A DNA stretch of 63,116 nucleotides, the filler included, from Bigelowiella natans CCMP2755 (Eukaryota; Protista; Cercozoa): assembly GCA_000320545.1 (NCBI GenBank). It is 9 parts of 9 records of this genome, joined end to end, with 100 filler letters (N's around TTAATTAATTAA, not from the genome) between each part and the next. Parts side by side here need not be neighbours in the genome. Positions count along the whole stretch, not along the records: positions 11,797 to 33,385 come from ADNK01002247.1; 8 more parts are not named here. One strand, written 5' to 3'. Position numbers and translations under genes: made by a program. Below, piece after piece: positions 12,497 to 24,773 of the stretch (the stretch's first letter is position 1; each line of letters starts with the position of its first letter). The notes beneath the pieces were generated by a model. That model made no database searches. It was given only the letters and a program-made list of their open reading frames with translations, and was not told the DNA's origin.

Positions 12497-13379
12497 AGCT
12501 GAAGCTATTGGGATTAATTCGTCCCTCCTGGCCCTTCAAAGGGTATGGAAGTCCAAGAATAGTATTCCAACTTCATCTGCACATCCTCTCTATCTATCTA
12601 TCTATCTATCTATCTCTTTCTCTTACCCCCCCGCTTTCGCACAGCCTAACACCACCATCACCATCATTTTCACGCAACTTGCTATTAAAACCCATGGATA
12701 TTATGAATGTTGGTATTTGGCGGAATCCCAAGAACAAATATGATCGATATTGAAGGTGATAAGTGCGAGAGTTGAGTCGAAAGACCATGTTCCCTATCGA
12801 GATAGCAAGCTCACGCTGATACTTAAGCAAGCCCTCATGGTTTGTGTTGGATTTAGTTACATACGAAAAGAAGCAATCGATGCTGTAAGTCCGTCGTGGC
12901 AGTGAGTTACGATGGCAACAGTTAGAGATATCTATTAGTTTCTTAACCACTTGAAATTACCTTTATTACAGGGCAATAGTCGCACTACAGCGATAGTGAC
13001 TTGTCGTTCTGATGAGTCTCATGGAGATCAAACTTTAAGCTCCATCAGATTCGGCCAAATGGCCGGTAAAATAAGCAATACGGCAACGACAGCGGGTATG
13101 GTCTCCATTTGTTCTTTGTTTTGCACTGATGCCATTTTTGTTACATTTGAATGAATAAGCGGTTACATTCGATCATTTATTCTATGTTTCTTTCCATTGC
13201 CATTGCAAACAGCAACATCGGTGGAAAGTGCCCGAAACACGGTGCTTGGCGCTATTCGACGCTGCCGCCAGCAGATGCACCAAATGGAGATTCGTGGAAA
13301 TCAGCACTTACCGGTGTATCACACGCTGAAGATCCGTTTGCAGGAACTCGAGCTCAAAGCAAAGGAATTAAATGTCTAG
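12497..13379 (+). CDS. Kinesin motor domain C-terminal part plus short coiled-coil tail (5' part absent)
   Basis: Four exons: EAIGINSSLLALQR | VISARVESKDHVPYRDSKLTLILKQALM | GNSRTTAIVTCRSDESHGDQTLSSIRFGQMAGKISN | ...RLQELELKAKELNV-stop. Confidence 0.9.
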
Positions 13380-15350
13380 TGATATGTGCGAGCGATGGCA
13401 TGTGTTCGATGCATCGCATCAGCAATGCAAATCGTATCTCTCCGCCAGGCCGCTCGCCGGCCAAGCAGCATGTCGTTCGTGGCTAGCATCGCAAGTAATT
13501 TGACATTCAGCACGCCGATGTCCATGCACCTTGCTGCTATGCACGTGTGCTGCAGTCGATGCGCTGTGATTGCTGCTAGTACGTACTGTGATGCATGCTG
13601 CCATGCAAGATGCGTTGTGTGTTCATTGAACACATCTAAGACAATGACATGAAGCTAGTGTGCGCACACCCTCATGAGCTCATTGCAAAAATTGTGGCAC
13701 AGCTGACAGCAAGTGCATGCATGCAACTGCGCTACTATCTATTTCAGAAGTGGTAGAGCATTTTGCAATTTGCGCCCGCCTAGCTGCTGGTAGGCGTTAT
13801 ATGGACATATGCTGCTAAAGTGCTATTGTTAATGCTGGTTTGCCCTCTGTCCGCGATGAAGGGCTCGGCTTTAGCGCTTCCTGATTTCGAGGTCGCGATA
13901 CCTGCGCCGGAAGTGGCTCCTCCACCTATAACCAACGCCTCAACATCATCTAACAGGCTTATGTCGGTGCCAAATACCTGGTTAATACCGACCGAAGCAG
14001 GTCCAGCAGCAGACGCCGCCGAGCTCCTGGAGGAACCAAGAAAAAGTCAAGGACTACTCTCAAACGCCGACTTATTGGTTGCTGGTGTTCATGGGATGTT
14101 GTGCATGTGCACGACAACGCAGCTAGACATGCAATGTGCCTAAAATTGTGTGCATCAGACCTACAAAGACGAACATCATACAATTAGTAGTGCATGCTGT
14201 GTAACTGCGTGCCATTGCATATGAACTGCATACACTACAGATGCGCTTGGAAATTTTGGGTACATGTGTATGACTTGTTTGGTGCACGTGTAGACGCGAA
14301 CATGGCACATGTGCTCTTTTTAGTACATGTGGTGTGCTTGGGTACATGTGTTCCTCACGCGTACACGTATATGGACATATAAGTCCATATAGCGTTCTAG
14401 CGTTGAAAAATTAGCAGGTTTCATTGAAGCTGAAATTCGAAATGAAAATCAAATTTAACGAATGACTTCAAACAGGCTCTAGCAGTGTGCTTTCAATGTT
14501 CAATGATTGCAACGATTGAGCGCGCCAGGCCGCGCGCGCAAAGCATGGTTTGTGCAAACCCCATGCGCATGCAGTCGTTGCATGTAGCTTGTTAGTCTAG
14601 GGTTTGACGGAGTTGTGGCTAGCTGCACTGCACACGTTGCGTTGTGGAATGCACGCACGCAATGGCATGCATGGTCGCAGATGCTAGCGCATGCATGATC
14701 GAGCGCATGCTGTGTACAGCTCCGTCAAACCCGGCAACGACGGGGTTGTGAACAGTGCAGCGCTTTGAAGCAGCAGGCAGTTGCAGTTGGTCAAAGAAAA
14801 GTCATCAGAACTTGTCCGATGGCCAAACCTCAAAAAATGACCGAAACATTGATCCAAGTGTCCATTTTCAAGGCCTCATGCAGTGAGCGCGCAAAGTGTG
14901 AAAATTCACACCCGTTGTGTGGAGGATGCACGCTGCGCGTTTGTTCTCTGCCACATTTTGAATGCTTTTGCGCGTGTGTTTGACCAAGTGTGATGCGCAC
15001 GAAAAATTTCAAAGAAATGCGAGCAAATCCAATGCCCATTGCAGTATTGCATCACGCGACGCGCTTGGTGGCGCGCAAAAGCTTCCAAATGCATGTTCTG
15101 GCGATTCGTTACAGGTTTGACGGAGCTGTGTGCGGCGCGATTCAATTCCGCATCATTGTGGCGGATGACGTAACTTGATGTGCACAACAGCACACACAAC
15201 ACTAGAACGCATGCAGCATGTGCCACATTGAAACTGTGTCTAATATCATTTCGTGCATGCGAACATGCATGCTACGCATGCACGATGGCCACCATGCACA
15301 AGCACGGCAGCATTGCTTGAAAAGTGCAGCTAGCGTAGCGGTGCTGTGCA
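13380..15350. other. TpA-depleted, TGCA/CATG-rich intergenic island B (interrupted by a normal-composition segment ~13820-14090)
   Basis: No TA dinucleotide at all in 14717-15044, while CpG is retained. Confidence 0.85.
14717..15128. mobile_element. Non-autonomous Tc1/mariner-type MITE (412 bp)
   Basis: Perfect 15-bp terminal inverted repeats CAGCTCCGTCAAACC (14717-14731) / GGTTTGACGGAGCTG (15114-15128), extending imperfectly inward to AACGA. Flanks are TA (left) and TG (right). A third, solo TIR copy GGTTTGACGGAGTTG lies at 14601-14615. Confidence 0.8.
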
Positions 15351-15489
15351 TTCATAAGTCGAGTCGATATCGGTGTTGTTATGTATAAGAATTTTTCAAA
15401 CTGAAAAATCAATACGGAAACTCCAAGATGACGGCTTTAGGTTTCTTCTCACGAGCCTCAAGGGAGAAAGAAACCTGAAACCTATTGAT

Positions 15490-17244
15490 CTACAGAGCAT
15501 TTCCTGGAGCGGCAGCGCCACCAGTTGGGGTATTTTTCTTGTGAAAGTGTAGATAATACACAAGCCCAGCAATGAGAGCAACTCCACAGACAACCCCAAC
15601 GACGACACCAGCAATTAATCCGGTGTTATCATCGCTGCTCGAGTCGTCGCTCGATGATGAAGTCCCGAGGGCACTCGACTTGGCAGCGGCCTTGTCAATT
15701 CCAAGGATAGGATCCCAAAGGAAGTACGTATGAGCGGCGTTATTTGCTGCGAAACTGTAGAAGAGGCACTTCATGTCGCTCATTCCCATGGTATTGAAGA
15801 ATTCAGCTGCATTCGCGTACTGCCTACCATTATCCGGATCCACAGCGCTGGTAGCAAACCAGTCTGAGCTGGTGTAACCGCAATCGGCCCCAGTTGTCCC
15901 AGCTGACTGGCTTTGCTTTTGAACCGCTGCAGTAGTCGTTCCAGGGTTACTGGCGCTGATAGCACTGTTCTTAGCGTAGGCTGTGTTCTCAGTGATCAGA
16001 AAAGCAGCTCCAAACGTCTCACTCTCCTCGTTGCCTGCATTTCCAGTGTCGTCAACTAAGACTGTCCCCGAGTAGCTGGTGGAAACTGACAACATCCGGA
16101 ACCCATATGAGTTCTCCGAACCTAATTTGGAGTGTACAACCATAGTAGGGGAGAGTAGCAAGGTCAGTCTAAGACGAAAATTTAGCATTCTTTTCTGGTA
16201 TCCCTTCACACAGTACTTCTTCACGCAAACATTAACACACTATTTACCTGTATACGCAATGTTGTTGACGTAGACATCAACTTTGGATGAGCTATCATCC
16301 AGGGTTAGTCCTTCTTTGGTAAATCCCTGTGAGGATACTGTCATCGAGAGACAAACGCCATTGCCTGACGAACATACTTCTGAGGTGACATTCTTGTTTG
16401 CTGAGGCGCCCCCCAGAAGCGTCAGACTACTCAAGGATCCCCTCAGGTTAGTGAAAGAAACTCCTGAAAAGCTTGTGGTACTTCCAACCCCACTAGTGTA
16501 ACTCGCCTGGTCGTATTTGTAGCCGGAATCGAACACTACGTAAGTGCTGGATCCTTTCAATCTAGCGCTTGTTTGGGAAAACCCTCCTTTAGGTATATAC
16601 ATGTAGCCCGCCATCTGGTAAAGGGCTGGTGGTCCTTCTGTGTAAACGGAATGCCCACCGTGAAGCATAAAGCTTACCAACTCAAATTCCAGTGAGTTGT
16701 AGAACCCAGTTACTTCGATTTGGCCAGTGGTGTAGTCCATGATGCTAATATCTGGATGTATGGTGGTATCCATGCGGCTCATACTGACACCACTGAAATT
16801 ATATATGGAAGCAAGTGTAGAATTGCAATTGTCAGTTTCTTCTGCATTAGAATCTTCACAACGAACAGTCCACTCGCGGGACTTTTGCGAGGCCGTGCAG
16901 TCGGTCATGCCATTGTCTACACTCCAAGCTACGCCCGCGATATCAGCTTGATAACCAGCACAATAACCAACCCAATACCATCCAGTTCCTTTGGCTACAC
17001 AGGCAGCACATGTCGTAACATTGCAATCAAACATGCTGGTATACTGGCATAAACCAGCCGTGTTTTGCAGCTCCACAGGGTGAGCCGATTTGACATTCGT
17101 TAGATGCCGTTCCAAGTGGCCATCAATGTTCTTCCTTGCAATAGAATGTCCCTTTGCAACATTCTTTTGCGTCCATTTCTTCGAGGGGGTATTTGCCTCA
17201 ACACCATAGAGGCAGAGAACGGTTAGGGCAGCGATGGTGGACAT
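15490..17244 (-). CDS. Type I single-pass membrane glycoprotein, ~542 aa, 2 exons (17244-16248, 16121-15490)
   Basis: Signal peptide MSTIAALTVLCLYGVEA, Cys-rich module, beta-rich region ending YFLWDPILG, Ser/Asp linker, TM helix GLIAGVVVGVVCGVALIAGLVYYL and a short tail. A 126-nt GT-AG intron joins the two ORFs in frame. Confidence 0.88.
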
Positions 17245-17699
17245 TCTTGGTATCTGTGCGTTGTTCGTTCGTTGTATGCGTGGTTCTAGTAGTGCATTTT
17301 ATGATGAAAATATCCATAATTCATTATCGCTCGATGTAAAATGCACCTGATATTGAAGAATATGCAGTTACAAATGTTTATAAATAGCATTATTAGAATG
17401 GGGTATCTAAAATCAAGCGTATTTCCAGGTGGAATGGTCACGATGAAATGTTTGAGTTTATTGAGTTTTAGGGGTAATGTATTTTGTCGTACATGTAGAA
17501 ATCTCATAAGTTGATTAGATTAAAAGGAAGTTACAGCCCAGCTACATTCATTTATTTAGACCTCTAGATCTTATTAGTTTGTCATGATAGCGAAACGGCA
17601 ATGAGTAAGAGTATCCTTAAAAACCCAAAAAAATAATTATTGTGAAGTCGTAGGGTGATGTACATTCAGACTCTAGTTAAAAAGACAAAATCTTTTTGA

Positions 17700-18960
17700 A
17701 AAAGAGTGTTATGCAACACTCGTTGCTGAAATGAGATTTTTAGGAGTGTCTCCGAGAGATTTCCATGTGCCATTCAAACCCTCTTTTTGAATGGAGCATG
17801 GCTTCCCATGCTCCATGCTTGTTGGCATGTTCACATCTAGATGATGCTGTGTGAGTGCACGCCGCACAAACTGCAACACGTTGGACAAAAGAAGTTTCGG
17901 ACATGTTTCCAGAAACTCTGTCACGTGCAACATCTGATGGTCGCTTCTGCACGCATTTGCACCGGCGTGCAACAACGCAACATCCTGGCAATTGCGATGG
18001 CGAATCCACGCTGCTGTGTGGGCACAACGTGCGATTCAATGACAGTTGTCGAAGTTGGAATTGAGCAACAGAGGGAACCGCCAAAATTCAATGATCTTTT
18101 GGTTCACTTTCTCAATGCAGCCTTGCTAGCTTGCTAGCTTGGGAAGAATTCACCTCCTGGCTAGCTGGATGGATGTTCACAAACGAACTGCGTGGTCTGG
18201 TCGTGATGGACGTTCACAAACGAACTTGTGATGGTCATCAGCAGTCATCATCCGTTTTGGCGTTGCACCTGAACTTGTGAACGCAGAAACAGCAATTCCA
18301 ATGCCTTCGTCCTGTGGTCCACTGTGGACGGCGCAGGCTAGCAGGCGGGACTCTTGTGAAACCACAGCATGCAATTCCATTGGAAAAAGCAAGACCAAAG
18401 CAGGTCTGCATGAAGTGCTCAGGAAATCAACCAAATGGCTAACTCGCATTGTTGAATTGATCACTTGAAGCGATGCCCAACAAGTGTTGCTGAAAGAATG
18501 ATGCAACCGCCCAGCAAGCTGACTAGCTGAGCTGTTCAAATTGTCGCATTTGAACAAAAATGTCGCGCTCATTTTGCCGAGCAGTGCACTTGTAGTCGTG
18601 CACATGTCACATGTTGTCTAGCGTGCACTAGATGTGCCATGCTAGCATGCTAGCACACTGAAGCTGCGCGCAGACAAGCATTGTTGCAGCATTGTGTAGC
18701 TTGTCAGTTTGCCAGTCGTTTGCATGTAGTAGTGCGCTACATCAACATGAATGACCTTCACATTCATGGAGCATGGAGCCCACGACGCGCTAGTTGTGAT
18801 TGGCAGGCAGGGTCTAACTAACGACTCCATTTTCAGCTTCATGCATTTGCGACACATGCTAGCATGCAATGATAAGGAGGGTGGCTGCCGACGCCATGCT
18901 TACGATGCGATAGCTGCATACTACAATGTGCTTGAACGTCTTAGTGTACGCCAATGATAG
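17700..18960. other. TpA-depleted / CTAG-enriched intergenic island C (probable decayed repeat)
   Basis: About 13 TA in 17711-18660, about 10 of them inside CTAG. None in 17841-18126. Confidence 0.88.
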
Positions 18961-19174
18961 CTTGATTGTCTGGCAGATGGCAGAGATTGTGATTTTTGTG
19001 GTTATTGATAATATCCTGTTGAACGTCTGACTTTGTACACTTTCGGTTTATTACCGTGTATTCAGAGTAGGTCGAGGGCGCCATCAACTGTCACAAACGC
19101 CCAATCAAAGGAAACAAATGTCGAACTAATAAACGCATCCACCATTGCCCGACATATAAATCCAACCTTCCACA

Positions 19175-20965
19175 TCATGATTTGTTGCCGGCGGTACCCA
19201 CCACCGCGAAGACACGTGTCTCTGATTCTGGAGCGCCTTTCACCAGCATCGGACTCGAGATGAATGTTGTACTTGCACCTTCCTCCACACCTTCCAGATT
19301 CATATTTTCTATCTGATACTTGTCAGCTCCAAGAATGATCTACACCGTTTCAAATGAGGAAAGAATTTTGTATAAGTATAGTATGTTATGAGAGAATTCA
19401 TCGAATATTGGTGCTAATTAGCATCATGGACAAAAATAGAGTAACACGTGTGCGTGTCTAATGATTGTTCTACTGTACAATACTACCTTGTGCGTTGGAT
19501 AATTCTTTGAAGGCCCATAGTCTAAGGACGGAGTGTCAATTCCAATTCCTACAATCTCACGTTTCTGATGACAATGTTTAAAGAAACGAGAAGCATGAAA
19601 TAAAGCACATACTTCTGTTTTTGCTATTTTTTGCTGATAGGAATAAGACACTTGTAATTGGGTAATATGCACAAGTGTGCTGCCTAATTTTGGTGATGAC
19701 AACGGCGATTTTCAGGTGAAAAGCAAATGGTGTATTGCCTGGATGAGAAGCTTTGCTGTATCTGGATGAAAGCCAGGAAAATTGCATACGCCATCCTGAA
19801 TGAGCGGAGTACACAAGACATCTATAATCATCCTTTTTAAAAAAACTACAATTGTTTGTTATTGCCCATATTTCATGCTGTTTTTCTATACGACTCAATG
19901 GCTGCTATGACATTACTATCGTAGTGCCACAATGCCAACGAGACATAAAGTTTTTAGTCGCTATTACTGATACCTTGTCCTTGTTCTCATAACGGTCAAT
20001 GTCATTGAATCGAGCGCCCCACCCTGTAAGTTCCCAACAGAACGAAGAGTCAATAAGATTAGAGATCGGCGCGAAGAACGAGTAATTTAATGCAATTGGC
20101 ACGTTAGTCATTCGAGACGAACACATTCCACAAAGAGCTACCAAAAAATATACCCCCGACATCCCAAAGCCAACAGAGAAATAGCTTACAAGTACTGGAA
20201 CATCTAACTACTGCGATGCTACTAACATCACCTGTCTTCATGATAACTATGGCTCTCTTTGGAATTTGTCCGTACTGCTTCTCCCAATCGACAACATCCT
20301 GTGGCATTAGTTGGTACGTATTGTTCTTGCTTACTTTCTCGGTAACGTCAATTATTGCCCCTTTGGCCACAAGTTCATCGGGTCCAAGCCTGGTGATTAA
20401 TAACGATGATATGATGATTCTGTTGGTATCATCATGGTGATTATCTTGAACGATATTACTGATGTATGCAACGGGCAGTGCTGCCGTCGTGAATTTCTTC
20501 AAAAAAGTGGGAGGGAGAATCGATGTGTGTCGCCACTGTACATAGTGTTAATCAAAGAGAATATTACAGTCAAACCCAAGAATGACATATGACAACATGT
20601 ATTTCAATACTCCTTTCTAACAATTTGGATTTCATAGAATCGTCACTGAAAGTCTCGTAATGCTGGCGATGGCTCTTATATCATGTGGATTCATTTATTA
20701 GTCGTTCATCGAACCATCACATCCCATCAAGAACCAATTCTTTTTTGCCTAGGAGATGCATGTAGACATATATTTAACGATTTCACATCTCAGATAGTGT
20801 TCAAGCAACTCTAAATACGAGTAGATAGTAACATTAAAGCGAAAATTGAACAAACCCCGCCTCCAGTACGAGTATCAAACGCGACCCCTTGCCTTTTGGT
20901 TTGTAGATTATTTTAATATTGTTTCAATTCGCTTATGATATCTATTAATCATCACCATCACCACT

Positions 20966-21003
<38 letters not shown>

Positions 21004-21287
21004 GCGTATCTGTGAGTGTAGTACTTGAATCCTTTCTTCTCCTCCATTTTAAATGGACAACTCTTATACAAACCGAATCGTCCTCCAAACGAAAACGCAT
21101 CCTCGGTTATTGTCTGTGTACAATCGACGATTTTGTTGCCCCCTACGGAACCATTCCATATTTCACCAACCAATCCTACTTTCAATTCATTAAATGGCAA
21201 ACCAAGGAGACTGGCAGCGAAAGTGTTATTTTCTTCCTTTGCAGTGGTTAGCTTCGACTCCCCTCTTCCTCCTGTTCCTTTCTCCAT
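19175..21287 (-). CDS. Cyclase-family metal-dependent hydrolase (kynurenine formamidase/isatin hydrolase-like)
   Basis: Exons encode IVDCTQTI, ATHIDSPSHF, GAIIDVT...WEKQYGQIPKRAIVIMKTGW, NFPGFHPDTAKLLIQ, IVGIGIDTPSLDYGPSKNYPTHK and ILGADKYQIENMNL...PMLVKGAPESETRVFAVV. Confidence 0.92.
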
Positions 21288-21565
21288 CGCTGCCAGTTCG
21301 ATGGTTGTGCTCCAAGCGCAGAAACACAAATTAATCCACCATCCGCGTGAGAAATACAGGGGAATTACTCGCGAAAATTTCCTAAAACAAAAATTCTACT
21401 ACAAATTCACCTTTCCATCATTCTCAAAAAACCCTGCAGATCCACAATGTGCTGCCCAAAAAAAAAAATGTGATGTCGCAGGATAAAATCCATCTGTTTT
21501 CTCCCCATCAGCTTTTGGCCCCTCCCAAGCGATCTTCGAGCACCGAGGTTTGCACTTCCTTTTCA

Positions 21566-23983
21566 ATGCGTCAAAGTTTTGTGGTTGACGCATCTGTGAA
21601 ATTCCCGGGCGTTTTGGTTAATCTCTTCACTTCGTTTCCGAGGTCAAGTGCATCACCGCTTTGACAGCTCGTGCATCTAAAGGATGGCTGCGAACCGTCG
21701 AGGAAACGTGAGCTTGGGGAGAGCGTTGGCGTGACTTTCCACCCTTCATCATCCCACACGATTGCGCAACGAATGCAACATAGTACCAGGCAGCGAAGAA
21801 GCGAGACGGGGGTGATGTTCCCGTCATCGGTGTCATCATCCTCAACATCACCTTCAACCTCGAAAAATAGGTAGATGTGCAGTTTTGTGGTGCCATATGT
21901 AACACTGTTCATAAATGTGATAACCGTAGGTTGACTGCAATCTTGAATTCATTCCGCAACCAAATGCCAAAAGTCGCCGATTTTCAGCGATTGAGCGAAG
22001 ACGAAAAGATGATTGCATATCGAAGGTGCCTTTCAAAACAGTGCGTGGGTTATTAGTTTAACAAATCACCCAACATTCTACTGAACGATACACTTGCTGC
22101 TTTCGTCTTGGCATTGGTTCTTTTGTTTTGGGGAAAAGGTCAATGCTCATGCTAGATTACATAGATCAAAAGAGTCGCCAAGCTAGGGTGGCTGCAGTGG
22201 TACGCTCTGTAACAACGAGGACTTCCAACGCCCCCCTTATGGAAAGGATAAGGACAAATTCGGGGTCCAACACGGTTCAACAGGAGAGGTTATAAAGATG
22301 TTTACGAGAAGGATGATGACATTTTGTGACGATGATGTTGGTGCGGCTAATGGTGATGGTGACGATCCTGACGATGAAGCTTCGGCAACGAATGCTGAAT
22401 GATACTGCCTTTCCTTCAACTGCTCTGTTCTCTTTTTGATGTAGCCGTCCATGCATTCCAGCTGTCCATCGTCCCATAACATATTTTTTTAACACATCAG
22501 TAGTGCTTGCATCCTTTGATCTCACCTCTCCACATACACATCATTTTCTCGCGAAATCATCCTTTGGAAATGCCTTTTCTATACTGCTTTATTCTCCACC
22601 AGTGGGAATCCATCAGCCGCTGCCGATACCGTACCTGATGCTGCCGCCCATCCACCTCCTCCTTCTCCTCCTGTCTTTCCAACACCTGCTGCAGCATTCA
22701 TTGGGTAAGCACGCTGCTTTCTGTGGAAATCTGTCAGTCAACTCACATCCTAATGAGGTAGGATAATGTTTGATGCAATTGGGCATGGTAATAGGTATTG
22801 CGTGAACTTCCCTGCGGAGAATCACGAGGGTGTCATGGTCCAGGCAAAGGTGGTAGAATATATGTAGGTAGTGACAGATGATGTCCCGACGACTCTTTTC
22901 CTTGACGAATAAGAACCATACAGGCAAATGAACGGAAGAATCTCCGTAGTGGTAGCAGCTCCAGGAGCAAGCGATCGCTTCTTCTCATATGCGTGCCTTT
23001 GTTAGATCACAAGTGTGGAGCCAGACGGGACTCTGAGAATTCGAAGCCATCAGGCGGGCCAAAACAACAAGAAGCTCACAGTGAGGAGGGTAACCCACAC
23101 AACTAACAGTAGCAGCACCAGTTTCAGCGGTAGCGGCGTACGTAGTAGGGGAGGCCGTTATAGATGGACAAAAGCGATAGTACGATGCGGCACTGATTGA
23201 CTTACTGCGTCTATAAATCAGTTCGAAATTCTGGCTCTCACTTACTCTCACTCTCCTCCTCCTCCTCCTCCTCGTCGTCGTTGTACTTGTTTCGTCATCA
23301 CAGGTAGTTGCTGGGTTGCTGAGGCGACTTGACTTTCTTGAGCAAGAAAACCACACTTTAATCCAGCGTGTGAAAACGGACCAGAGAACGATTGCATGCC
23401 TAGAAGAAAGGGGGGGGGAGCTGAAGGAGAAGGAGGAGGCGAAATTTTCGGTATTGCCTCACTCTTCTTCTTCTTCCTCTTCTTCTGCAGCTTATGCATC
23501 GAGGCACCGTCAACCGCTGAGAAATGATGACAACAACATCATCAGCGATAGCATTAGCAGCACCTCCTCCAGAAGGTTGTTGATTCTTCTCATTTCGCGA
23601 TTGGTTATAAATGCCGGGTGCCAACATTGTCATCATCATCATCATTATCATGAGCAAGCAGTATAATTAAAAGCATACTGCAGATAATCATTGCCCCCTT
23701 TTCTCTCCCCCCCCCCCGCCACCCACTATTTACCTAGTAGTCTTCTCACATTTACTGGTTGGCCCTCACCCCTCTTTGATTTCCTTCCATTCTTTCTATC
23801 ATTTATTTATCCCCATATATATATTATATATACTTTGCAGGAGAGTAATGTGTCAAAACCAGCACTTAGTTCTACATAGCGGAGCTAAAAGGATGAGATT
23901 GTCGCGAGTGCCGCGAGACTGGCCAAGCAATGAAGGACGATTCATCACCCATTTTATACACCCGGTGGGGGGAGGACAGAACA

Positions 23984-24026
<43 letters not shown>

Positions 24027-24691
24027 ACTCACCCACTAAAAAGTTGTATCATGACGGCTAGGTGACCCCTCTCCTTTTAGCGGTGATGATGATGATGATG
24101 ATGATGGTGACGATGATGATGATGGTGGTGGTGGTGGTGGAGATAAGGACGATGACATGATGACCGACATGTGAAACGATTCATCTTGCTTTCAATTCCT
24201 CGATTGATTGCCGACTGATGATATGCTGCATGCACCTGCACGATTGGAGGGGGGGGAGGGGGGAGCATGCCACGATTACCACACTACTAGCAACTACACC
24301 ACGGCGAGATCGAAGCCTTACGCATCCTTAAATTATCACCATTTCATATGTAAAGCTGAAGTCAATGTCGTTGTGAAACATTCACCGCTTGTCTATAATA
24401 TACTGCTACTGGCCACGACTCTATGGTAGGGAGAAACTATGGAAAACAGCTTGCGCCTTCGTCTCTGCATCAACTATTCATCTGCTGATGTCGTCAAGGT
24501 GGGAGTTAGTATCACCACGAGCTTAAGCGATGAAAAAGAAGAGGGGGAAGAAGAAAAATGAGGAGGCAATGGTGGCAGTTTTGAGAAGTAGCATTTTACT
24601 CTACTTGAGAATCAAAATGATTCGTTGATTAGAGATAGATGATTATCTGAAATGATGAATCTCGTCGCCTTTGTTGTACAACTCTGCATCG

Positions 24692-24729
<38 letters not shown>

Positions 24730-24731
24730 AA

Positions 24732-24773
<42 letters not shown>

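Noticed and set aside
13850-13890. ATGA...TGA hairpin as a possible SECIS or C/D snoRNA
   Set aside because: The stem is too short, there is no apical AA motif, and it lies beyond the kinesin stop.
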